A stretch of DNA of 64,000 nt, from contig CM121342.1 in assembly GCA_051530055.1 (NCBI GenBank), positions 15,453,480-15,517,479 on the forward strand, written 5' to 3'. The position numbers and the translations under genes were made by a program. Positions within the stretch are counted from its first letter, which is position 1; each line of letters opens with the position of its first letter. The DNA is from Neoechinorhynchus agilis. Lineage: Eukaryota; Animalia; Acanthocephala. This document shows positions 1 to 11,200 of this stretch, in pieces. The notes under the pieces are model-generated. The model saw nothing but the letters and a program-made list of their open reading frames with translations. It was not told the DNA's origin and ran no database searches.

Positions 1-809
1 AACAATTAGGAATCGATGTTAGCAAAGCATTGTCGTCTTGTTCTTCACAAAAAACGCTCGAATTGAGCTTATTCACTTCAACAATACTGCTAAATCTTTG
101 CTGTTTTTAGATGGAAAATGTTGCTACTTTATTCTATCTTAATAACTCATTCCGCTAATTATCAAAATGCTTTCAAGAACTTAAGATCCAATGTCCATAC
201 TTGGACACAAAATAGCACATCCATGGGTATAAACTAAATCTTAACAGCTAGAAACGTTCGAGCATTGAGATGTCTACAGTAGGGCAATTTAAATAATATA
301 TTATCGAGAATCAACCTAGTACGAAGAACATTGAAACGACTTTTTCGTGTTGAGAATACGACCCTTAAGTCTTCGATTATTTGTCAGCGAGAGCGAACTT
401 CACTTCGTTTGACTAAATCGCATTTAGGAAGCGAAACATCCCGATGTAATCGGCACAGACTGAGTACCACTTCTGCTGTAACTGCGGATAAGCTTGCCAT
501 GTTCCACAAGGGAAGTTCCTAATCATCAATAAAATGGAAGCATTTTTGGAGGCAATGAGTATGAGTGCCTCTCCATGCATAATGTAATGCTTTCTCCATC
601 GCACACTCGTCTTCAAGTAGAAATTAATCACAGGGAGTTTCCGGGTCTCATGTATTACTAGAAGTTCTTACATACAAAATTATTTCATTTGTTTTATAAT
701 ATTTTCCCATTTCTAATATTCTTTTTGCCCCCTCACTTCGCATTGCCTCAATCTTGTATAATCAATTTCCATCATATATGTTCCTAGAATTAATGAAACG
801 TTTTCTGCA

Positions 810-1405
810 ATTTTTTTTCACAAACAACTATTTATCCAAGCGTTTTTCAATCAAATTAATTCGTTGCCACACTCACCACCTCCCGCCGAATTCCAGCTTT
901 TGTCCTTCCTCGACCGTCGCCATCACGCTGGCAGCATTGCCCCGTTGTACTGCTAGCGAGATATTTTGTCGAAGGAATACACCTGCTCTTGAGTCTCCGG
1001 TTGCCTCTCTCAATTTCTTCGAGAGATCCTGGAGCAGAGAAAGTGCCGAGTTGCCGAGCGCTCCATACGTCTCTACCCCAAAGGGGACAAAATAGTGAGC
1101 CCTCGATAAGTGAAGATATTTCCGTATTTTCCTCCCTTCTGCTGCACTGGCGGCACCACCGGCGATTTCGAAGGAGTAGGGGATGTTGCTGGCTGCGATG
1201 GTATCCACACACGTGGCGTCCCAGAGAAGGCATTTGCCCTCCCGCCACGGGAAGACCGAAATTCCATCGGGCCTACGGCCGTCTAGTCTACAGAGGTGGG
1301 CGGGTTCCAGGATGTTCGGGAAGTTCGCCGTTCTCAACGCCCGAGAAATTGCGTCATTGATTTCAGAATGGCGTGAGAACCTTCCTGCTGACCTTCTGCA
1401 GACGA
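810..1405 (-). mobile_element. 5'-truncated CRE-clade non-LTR retrotransposon (restriction-like endonuclease C-terminus), copy 1
   Basis: ORF 873-1424 reads CRRSAGRFSRH..EP..RPDG..PW.EGK.LLWDATCVDT..K..KY..FVPFGVETYG..QRGNAASV, the CRE RLE signature. Homology starts near 1403. A short 3' tail ends in an A-run at about 811-818. Confidence 0.88.
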
Positions 1406-1759
1406 CTCCTACTAAACCGAACAATGAGACTATGAATGCAATCTATAGTTTGGGAATAATATGCCGCATTTTTCTCAAAAAAGACCATGAAAAGTTTACG
1501 CTTTTGTATCGCCCCCAACGTGCCGCCATGAGCAAGAATTTAATCGAGCTAAAAAAATTGATATCTTGTTTTACGATAACACAGAACCAGAAAGTGTTAA
1601 TTAGAAGAAGTCGCTCACTCAAATTTCTTATCTCTGTTCAATTTCTCGCCTCTGACCCATTTTATTGCTACACCTTTAGTTATCTATAGCCATTCAACCA
1701 AACCTTCGCGTGTATTAAATTCCACCTTTCGTCTTATTTACAGCTTTTATTTTGGTCGC

Positions 1760-2070
1760 CCGTATTACACTCTCATCCTTTTTTCGTTCTTCTCTTTACT
1801 ATTCTAATCATTTTTTCCTTTTCTCTTCCTCACATTCTTTAGTCCACGTATTTTCAATCATTAAAGGCCACACTATGCATTTCCGGTTGTCTTTAAGCCA
1901 TCTAGAATCTCACCTATTCTTGGTGGGATTACTTCCTCTATTTTCCCACAATCCATGTAAATCTTTTAAACTGAATCTCCCTCTATATTCTTGGAATGCA
2001 AGTTATCGCATTTCATTTCTTCTCCATGATTATTGTATTGTGATCACTGTAATGGATGTCTCTTTTTTTA
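1760..2070 (-). mobile_element. Possible heavily decayed LINE fragment (end of APE endonuclease plus linker)
   Basis: Purine-rich minus strand with SDHNTIIMEKK (SDH motif) followed by RWLKD..W..W-like text broken by stops. Weak evidence. Confidence 0.25.
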
Positions 2071-2198
2071 ATTTTTTTTGACAACCAACGCTTAGTTGTC
2101 ATAGCTCGTGACCTAATCTTTTGTCTAAAAACAAACGTAAATAGGGTAAACTTATATAAATTCGTGAATGTCCTAAGCTTAGTTTTTAAACTTTTACA

Positions 2199-2512
2199 AT
2201 GCCTCGCTTTAGTCTTTTGACTTTCTTGATTATTCTACGTAAGTTAGCTTATGAAATTTATAATATTATTTACTTGAAAGCGCAGATTCCGTCGATGTAC
2301 TTTCGAAGGGTGGCAGAGGTCGTGGACGTTCATCTGGAAAAGGATATAGAGGAGGTGGTATCCGGAAAATTGGTGGATATACATCAAGCTTCGAAGGGCT
2401 GAGCATGTCACTAGGTCTAAAAATTGCATTGATAGTCATCTCTGTGGTTGTAATGATTGCAGCCATTGCGCTCGGCTTATATTTATATCGCAGAAGACGA
2501 AGAGATCAATAG
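2199..2512 (+). CDS. Two-exon 88-aa small type I membrane protein: signal peptide, Gly/Arg-rich ectodomain, TM helix, RRRRR tail
   Basis: join(2199..2238,2286..2512) with a 47-nt GTAAGT..CGCAG intron, phase 1/1. Translates as MPRFSLLTFLIILHSVDVLSKGGRGRGRSSGKGYRGGGIRKIGGYTSSFEGLSMSLGLKIALIVISVVVMIAAIALGLYLYRRRRRDQ*. Confidence 0.75.
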
Positions 2513-3122
2513 TCTCATTGATAAATTACGAATAAAACTACTTTATATCTTTAACGACTCGCATCACATTTTATTTTGAAGTCACGATCCTTTTCGTTTT
2601 TGATGTATTGCATTTCATAATGCATTTTTCTCCTCGATTATCTCACTAATTAAGAGATAGCGTTATGATTTAAATTGAAGGTGGAAACGACAATATTAAG
2701 CAAGTCAGATTAATTTAAAATAAAAAAGTACAATCGGAATAACACCATTCCTTATATGGAATTATTAACATATTCAATCTTGGCAACGCAAAGCCAATAC
2801 AAGCGTCTTATGTACCAAAGGTTTTCGGTCTAGAATAAATCTCAAAGCACTTCAACTCTCAAAATATTTCATTTTGGGTGGATTTCGAGCTTACAATAAC
2901 GTTAGAGCGGATGAAAAAAATGTTCATGGTCATTATTGTAAGTTGCTGATTCGAGGAATGCGTTTAACAGACGAAATGTTGTGTGCATTAGTGGCATGTT
3001 TTCATTCGTTTATATTTTTCTAATCACTTTGCATTAATCGCGATATTCCCTCAATTACCAACGTACCAAATTTCGTAACGAACGCTTTCTGTCTATGTTT
3101 GTATTATATTTAAGAGTTGAAA

Positions 3123-3358
3123 CATCCCTTACTCGGCTTTTCCTTTAGATACACAGCCAACCGATATCTTCGAGCAGAGAAGTGATTGAATAACCCAAAG
3201 TCGAATGTATATATCGATTGAATGAATCAGTCATTATCAATTCAAATCTAAAAATTAAGCTCGTACACAATGAGTCGCCATCTAAGTGATTCAATCACTT
3301 TTCTGCTCCAAGATATCGGTCGGTTATGTGTCTAAAGGAAGAAGCCAAGTAAGGGATG
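3123..3358. repeat. Imperfect inverted repeat (69/70-bp arms, 97-bp spacer); MITE-like or hairpin
   Basis: 3123-3191 is the reverse complement of 3289-3358 with 7 substitutions (6 transitions) and 1 indel. No target-site duplication seen. Confidence 0.85.
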
Positions 3359-3761
3359 ATATAAATACTTAATTGATATAACCGGCTTGCCAGATAACAT
3401 AAGAAAATTTGTATTATATATTGAAAAATAATAAATGTTGATTTTTCTATATCGCTGGAAAACAATACATCTTTCCATGTGATTTCAAATAGATTGTTTA
3501 AACTACGAAAAGCCCTTAAATTTGAGCATCAGACATTTGCGATGTTGCGGCGATGGATGTGACTCACAGTCAACTGCTGCCGCTGACCTTTCTTTGCGAT
3601 GAGTGCACATGAAAACCATGTCGAAACATGAAACTTTCACAACCTTGAGGCGTCTTCTTTTTCACGATGCGTATCTTCTTCATTCGTAGACTTTTAAGGA
3701 AAGACCTCTTTAACTGCACCATAGAGCACACTAACTTTATAACTCAAGCTGAGCGCACGTT

Positions 3762-4903
3762 ATGGACACCGATAGAAGTATAAACCAGTTGTCATCTTCG
3801 GGGATTCGAAGAAATAATACTTATATCGATCGATCCCCTAAATATTGGAATAAGGCAACAAAGGAACTCTGTGCTATTAGTGAGCATTCCAATTGGCTGC
3901 GAATGAAGCTAACAAGGCAAACTCAAATGCTGGATCATATCTTCGTTACACTTACAACTAGCGCATGCAAACATTTTAAATTGAGAGCTTCTGTAGCTCC
4001 TGCTGCAAGTACGCCGGGCGAATCGTAGATTTACCAGGATTAAATTTATTACATTTTCTCTATTGCCTGATACTCGCTTAGTTCACCTTGACAAGGCGTG
4101 AGCTTTTCTCCATTTAAGAGCAACCAACTTTGTTCATGAAGTCACAGCTCTTGTGTCTGCTTTCAGGAACAAAAGCCACTCGATATTTGTCTTAGACGGA
4201 ATCTCTTAATAATTAGACCTGATTGTTTTAACGTTTTGAACTAAAATCCGTGTTCAAATTAATGCTGCTCCTTATTATGCAAGTAGACTTCGATATGCCT
4301 AACTTTAAGCTACGATTCGCGCAGTGAAGATCCAACACCACAACCACTTCGAGCAGCAATTGCTCAGCTAATGGCCACCTGAAAAATGACATCGTAGAGG
4401 GATCTTCAGGATATTGCTCGTTTATAAATCCCACCGTTCAAAATGGCAGCTCATCCAACTCAAATCGACGTCCGACAAACAGAATTGCCCGATATGACGT
4501 GCCTACAATTGGCCAAGTGTTACAATGCCCATCTCGAGCACGGAGTGCGAAGCGTCGAAGTTCATCCAGCCGTAACAAAACACGAGCTCAATCAACAAAT
4601 AATCTTTTAGTGGACAATATGAACTTAAGACCGAATTGTGTACTTGCTGATGGAACAACATATTGCCCTGTATGTAGATATCGATTCAGGATTGGTATAT
4701 CAGACGATCAAGTACAAAATCACATTTATTATTGCAAAGGACGTCAAGTTAGAAGATCGACGTCTAGAAGGAAGTATTCCAACCCTGATATCCCAGAATC
4801 TAAAGGTAGACCACCAAACGCTGGCGGCAGGGAATTTACGAATCAATACGAAGATCGCTCACTGGGATCCAGCGGTGGTCTGATTGCACCAATCAAGCGA
4901 TAA
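3762..4903 (+). CDS. Putative gene with N-terminal helical segment and UBZ1-like zinc finger; exon structure unresolved
   Basis: ORF 3762-4028, plus a frame open from 4328 to 4903 containing CPVC-x15-H-x3-C at 4664-4735. I could not join the two with convincing splice sites. Confidence 0.45.
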
Positions 4904-5215
4904 TAGTTTTGTAGCTGTATAGAAGGTCCATCAAGAACCGATAATGTATAGTTAAAGGGTAAAATTAAAGTTGCGGGAGCTCGAAAGAGAAATGGAGGTT
5001 CTGGCGGATTAAATTCTAACCTATAGCAACTCATTCATTGCTAGCAACTAATTTTAACTTCAATTTGCGACTATACTTATATTTGATAAACAACGAAGTA
5101 ACAGAAATTTATTCTATCCTATATAAGCTTAGAATTGAAAACATACCAAATTCGAGCGTCAAATGAAATATTCAACAATTTTGACAAAGTCTCATAATAA
5201 CTCAAAATTCTTTTA

Positions 5216-8200
5216 TTACTCAAGAACATTAAGTTCAGCCTTAAAAAGCTGAATCATGAGTCTCAAATACTCGTTTTCTTTTGCGATAGTTGCATTTTCA
5301 TTCTGGATTATGGACATGGAGCAAATGAAATTCGCCTAAAATGCGTAGAGATTGTTTCATGTAAAAACAAAGCAAATTACCTTTTTATCACTATGATCGA
5401 CTGATAAGCACTTTGCTCTTTTGATATCCATCGTAAGGTTATTAAACTTTACTAGCGCCGAATATTTCCTTTGTTGTAACGTGTTTAGTCTCGATTTTGC
5501 CTGATTGATTTTTGTCTATCAAACAAATGCTTCGAGTGGATAAGTTATGTCATTTGAAGGAATTTACCTGATACCGTTTTAGCAACTTTGAAAATGCCTC
5601 TTGGCGTCGTAATCTTGCATTTTCTATTTCCGACAAATCAAATGCGGCTTTTAATATATCCACATTAAGTTCCTGTCCTTTAACTCCTAAAAATCGCAGG
5701 ATAGATTCATCCAATCGAACCTCCTCATCACTGATTGCTTTCTTTTGTAAAGACAATTCAATCTCCATATTATTATTCTGTTTGATCAATCGCCTATGCA
5801 AAAAACAACCGAAAATGCAAACTAATTTTGTTGCCGGTACTTGAGCGATGCTTCTATCTTGGTACAAAGTTGTATCGAATCGGAATTGCGTTTACGTGTT
5901 TTGTCCAGCTGCATCTTTCTTGAACGGATTCGTGATCCGTCGAGATTGTAGCCTTTTCCTTTCGGAACAAATATACAAACTCCCGACGAACTCAGGCTTT
6001 GAAGCAGAAAGTCCTTTATACAAATTTTTCCTGGAAACCTTATTAATTTTTTATTATTACCTTCGATCGGGTGTATTGTTCAGTTGATTCATATCTTTCA
6101 CTTTCCAATTGTTCAAGATGCTTTTCGTATTCACGGATAGCTGCCGATACTTCATTTAATTGCTCCTCAAGTTTATTTTTCTCATCAGCTTAAGAGCGTC
6201 GGAAATATTCTTTATTTTTTGCAATTAATGAAATCGAAAAAATGTGATCCCGAAACTGATCCGGTAAGAAAAATTGAGACCATGTAGTACTCACGCATTT
6301 AAATTAAAATCAATAAAATGAAATCTGTCGAATTTTTGGTCGCGCTCATGGACCATTTGGTTTCAAACTTACAATGAATTTTCTTTTCATTTGAAGTCTT
6401 AGTGGCATGGAGCTCTTCAACGTTTGCCCGGTTTTCTGTTGCTGCGCCAGTTTTATCAGCTTTATTCAAAAGATTCTTTTGGTCCTTCAAAATATTGGTC
6501 TTTGCTTCAATTTTGGCCATCAAATTAGCTGCGATTTGTTGCTTTCTTTGAATCTTTTGACAAGCAATGGCATTCATACGGTTCAAGCTTTTTAATACTA
6601 CCTCACTCTGAATTTTCTCTATTTTATTCTGTACATCTTTCAACGTAGTTTCAAATTTTTGACTATTTTCGACCAATTTCAATTCTAGTCTGATCAACTG
6701 GCGTGTTGCGTGGTATCTTTATTCATGAGATTTATATATATGTGACCACAAACATACTTACAGTGCTCTTAACTTCAATAATCTGAGATATTTGTCAGAA
6801 TTCATCATCAAACAATCGTGCTCGAAATCATGAATGCTTGGTCTATTTTTATAAGATGCAAACGATATTCAAAAAATAAGCTTACAGCACTTCTTTATCA
6901 TTTGTTATCGTAATATCACCGGCCGATATCTTTTCAAGTTCAACGGGATCATAAGACTGTTTCCCTGTAAGACCATTATCAGTATGCGATTTTACAAAAT
7001 CACTGGAAACTCTTCGATCAAACAGTTCGTTTAGTTTCATTTCAAATTTTGTGCGAATTTTGACTCGACTTTGTGTAACTGGTTGATTTTCGTTTATTTC
7101 AGACAAAAGTGCTCGGATCCGTTCTGCTGCCTTAATAGTTGCACTTGTCTTTGACTGACTTTCCCTGCTGCTTATCGATTCAGCGTCGCCTGCAACTTCG
7201 ATCAGCATAGATGGGCTAAAGAGACCCGTTCGCCTGAACTCTGTTGAGCCAGTCTTTCCACTGATTTGCATCGAAGGCGGATTTTCCAGTGAATTAACAA
7301 TGTTACTCAGTCGGTTAGCATTTTGGTTAAATGGCAGCAAATCTCCTAGATACACTACACTCTTTTCATTGAAATACGAAATGCATCCAGTTGATGAAGG
7401 TTCATCTTTAGGTAAAATATTAATTTGCGTGTGATTTTCATACTTCTTTTGTTCACAATCCGAAATTATCTCGCGGCATATCTGCCATGCCTAGATCATT
7501 TTCAGGTATAGTAGCTGAATAATTTATTATTGTGTTTAATATTTCGAGAGAAATCTTCTCAAAAATTAAGGTCAACGTTTAAAGGTTGTTGCACAACCAT
7601 CGATCGCATTTTGCGAATTTCATAGTTCACCACAAACGGGCCGAAATTTTTTGTTTATTGTGTTTAGCACGGTTAATAAATATGACTTAACATTAGAATG
7701 CGTTTCGCTCATTTACAATAGTCAAGCTTCAGAGCTCGTGTGATAAAATTAAAAGTAAATAATTTTACTTAAATAAATGCCGCACTTAGGGATCGATGAT
7801 CGACAAAACGAGGCAACAGATCAATAACAATACATCAAAAAATATTAAAACTCGTACCTGATTGTGGATCCGATTCATTAGTTTTAGTAGCTCAGGAAGA
7901 TCACGACTCCAACATGTTGGGCAAGTGTCTTGTATTACCTTCCCTTTTGTTGCAAGATAATGCTCTTGTTTAAACTCGCGTTTGTCCATTTCCTGTCATT
8001 TTCATATTAAACGCGCTCGCTATTTTGATCAGTACCCGTGTTTTATTTTTTATTTCAGCCTTAAGCAGTCGAATAAAGTAGCATAGCTCCTTCTTGTACT
8101 GGGATTTTGTGCATTGTTTAAGAATGTTATTTATATGTTTCGCGTCTTTTACAATTTCGTTTTTATAGCAGGAACTCAAAGGGCAGTACGCAACTTCATC

Positions 8201-11200
8201 AGATCTATTAAAGAGTAATTTCGGCGATACCATAGATGTGGTGCAATGTACTTAGCAGTTGGAGCGGTTTGAATTAATTGTTCTACATCATCCTTGAACC
8301 ATTTATAATCGCAGAAATCAATCATCACGTTTTTTAGACTATTAGGCACTATGTTAGTATATTTGTACAAATACAGGTTTGCCTAACGTTTCAAAACAAG
8401 ACTCAGTTGGCTGGTTAAGAGTACTTTCAATTGGTGTTAAAGCATTTTCAATTGAAAACGACAGGTCATTCTTTTGTTGAGCATCATCCTGAGCATTTAA
8501 CAAATTGTCAAATACTGCTTGTTCTCTTTTCGCACAATCAAGGCTGATCCGCCATCGTTTTAGATCAACACGGGAGGTGGTAGGCCATTGCATAACCGTT
8601 GAATCCTTTGTCATTATTTTCATCCAAACAATGGATTTGTCGGAATTTGTAATAAAGAGATTGTCTCTTTTAAATCTGACTCTTATTTCTGCTGAACTAT
8701 TGACTACTTTCTGTTGGTAAACCATTTGATGCTCATTATGAGCGGAAAATACATCAATTCGAACAAATCCACTTTTTAAGACTGTCAGATACTTATTTTT
8801 TCCGCTATTTAGCAATGGTAATTGCGAACTCTATAATTGCGCTTACAGTCTTTTTGCCCATATTATTGGACTTGGTAACTTTGCTTCCGAAAAAACAATA
8901 TGTTTGTTTTTATTTCGCTCCGGAGAATAATTTAATAATTTAACAAAATTTTTGTTGGCCTTAAAAAACAAATATAACTTTAAGTGAAAGCGAAAAATAT
9001 AACGTAATAGATTGACTACATAATTCTGCTATGAAAACAGCTATTTTCTCGATTTATGAAAAATTACTAAGTAAAGTGACCAAAGAATTGTAGCTAATTT
9101 GCTGAACCTTGCAAAATTGGTGGCACGCTAAGAAAAAAATATTACCACTAGAAAAGAGAAGTCATCGTTGTTTTCACGATCAAAAGTGAGAATATTGTAG
9201 GAACTGAATAAATTTCCTTCACTCGCATCTAATTTCCCTGTTTCAAATTGAGGATCCGGTTCCTAAAAATAGCTAGTTCAAATTTTAGAAAAATCGGATA
9301 GAGACACATACCATTTGAAGAAGATGCATTTTCTTGATTGAATCATAAGAGTCGGTAAGGACAAAATTATCATCGGCAATTATTTCGTAAATACAACCTT
9401 GGAAATCAACTATTGAGCACTGATGGCGTTTCTACGTTTGTGCACTTAGGATACTTCTTAATAAAAAACAGAATAAATACATTATGCGTTTCAATACAAA
9501 TAATTGGCAGGATGTTGGTGGGAAATGAAATAGATTTTGCGTGCAATAGCTTCTTGCCTGTCCAGAACAAATAGTGTACCTCATTTGAAGTCTAAAATCG
9601 GAGTTTTAATAGAAACCGGACAATTTCTACCGGGTAACGTGCATTTACGAGAATTATAGATCCATTTTGCGCGGTTTGCATGCTTAAAATGGGACATGTA
9701 GGACGAACGGAAACTTCACAGGAACGTTTCAATATCAATCGAGTATTGTTTTTGCATGTGCATTTTGTATTACGGCAATTCTGTTTCGTTATAATCAACA
9801 AAAATAACCGTACGTACCCATCAGTGAAGCCAGCAACGAAGCAAGGTCCCTTTATAGCCGTCTTAAGTAAACGGATGTCTCCAATTTTTTATAATCTACT
9901 GATGCTTACTATCTCATCACTGATGTCGACACAAGAAATCATTTTCAGTTGATCATCAACAAGTTGCACTCTTCTAGATTGCCTTGAGTTCAGTAAATGG
10001 AGAAATATTGTCCCTTTTGAGCGCAAAACAGCATTTAAATTAAGTTTACAAAACTTCATACCTTCACAATCAATCGACATTAAAGAATAGTACTTCCAAA
10101 TAAATAGCAAATGCACAATTTCGTTTTCATGGTACTCCACCAACGTATTGATTTTCTGTAACACGGGTTTCCCGTTTGCACCTTCGCGTACCCTTAGAAT
10201 CGACATTCGTCCCCTTTCCTAAACAGCATTTATCTTATTGAATTACGGAAATGCAAAAAATGGATCGCAGTGTTAAAACTCATTCGACTGAATTAGTTTC
10301 TCATACAATTAGCCCGAATCCTACTGATAGCAACTGACCACTGCCATCGCATTAAGATTTGTAAAGTTCGGCTCTTATTGTAAAAGCGAGAGGTGGTTAT
10401 CATGGTAAAAGATATGACATGTATTTATTCCTGATACTCTCAACGAAAGGTATTTGACACTTATCACGACACATTGAATCGGCTGCTAAACACTACAGTT
10501 CTTATTAAGGCAAAATTGCGCTTTTTAGCCGGGGTGTCTTAATTGAACTAATCAACACTTGGCAAGTATTATGGAAGTTAATCTTTATTGTATCGTGTTC
10601 TTTTAAATGAACCTGTCGAGAAGTGCCAAAAGCCATAAATTCGTCGAAATCTCAACGTCAAAAGGCACTTATAATTGCTTCCCCAAAATAACTTCCTTAA
10701 AAATCGCCGATGAAGCAAAGCGATTTTCATAAATATTCGAAACTTTTCATTCATCGTGCAATGTTGTTTAACATGTGAAAGTATTAAGATCTACCATTCT
10801 TCTAAAATTTTGAAAAGGGGAAATAGATAAGCGTTACTATCATCGGCTTAACTAAAATACTGAATGCTAGAACGTAGAGATAATGGAAGCAGCAATATGC
10901 AATGACTTTGATCACTGTGTAAAACGTTATATGCTTATCAATGCCAGTTTGCAGTTTCAATATTCCGCAACTCTGGCTATAAGATCGCTTATTTACCCTT
11001 ATTGCAAACTCATTGGCGCCGAATACGGATCCACTGATAATTTGATTGCAGGAAACGATTCCTTCATTGATTAAGACAACTGTTTCTAGATCGCACTTCC
11101 ATATCTATTGATGCATAAGTAGGAGATTAAGGGAAAGATCCAGAAACTATAAACCTTGAAATCCCCAAGTGTTGAAATCGCTATTACAGTATTATCATCT

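Noticed and set aside
331-640. Minus-strand text LLEDECAMEKALHYAWRGTHTHC..FIDD*ELPLW.. that looks like decayed coding sequence
   Set aside because: No family motif I can name; interrupted by stops.
754-1689. Plus-strand ORFs 754-1095, 989-1360 and 1183-1689, and similarly 20531-20980, 22547-22903 and 25129-25440
   Set aside because: Antisense or alternate-frame shadows of CRE and Gypsy coding sequence.
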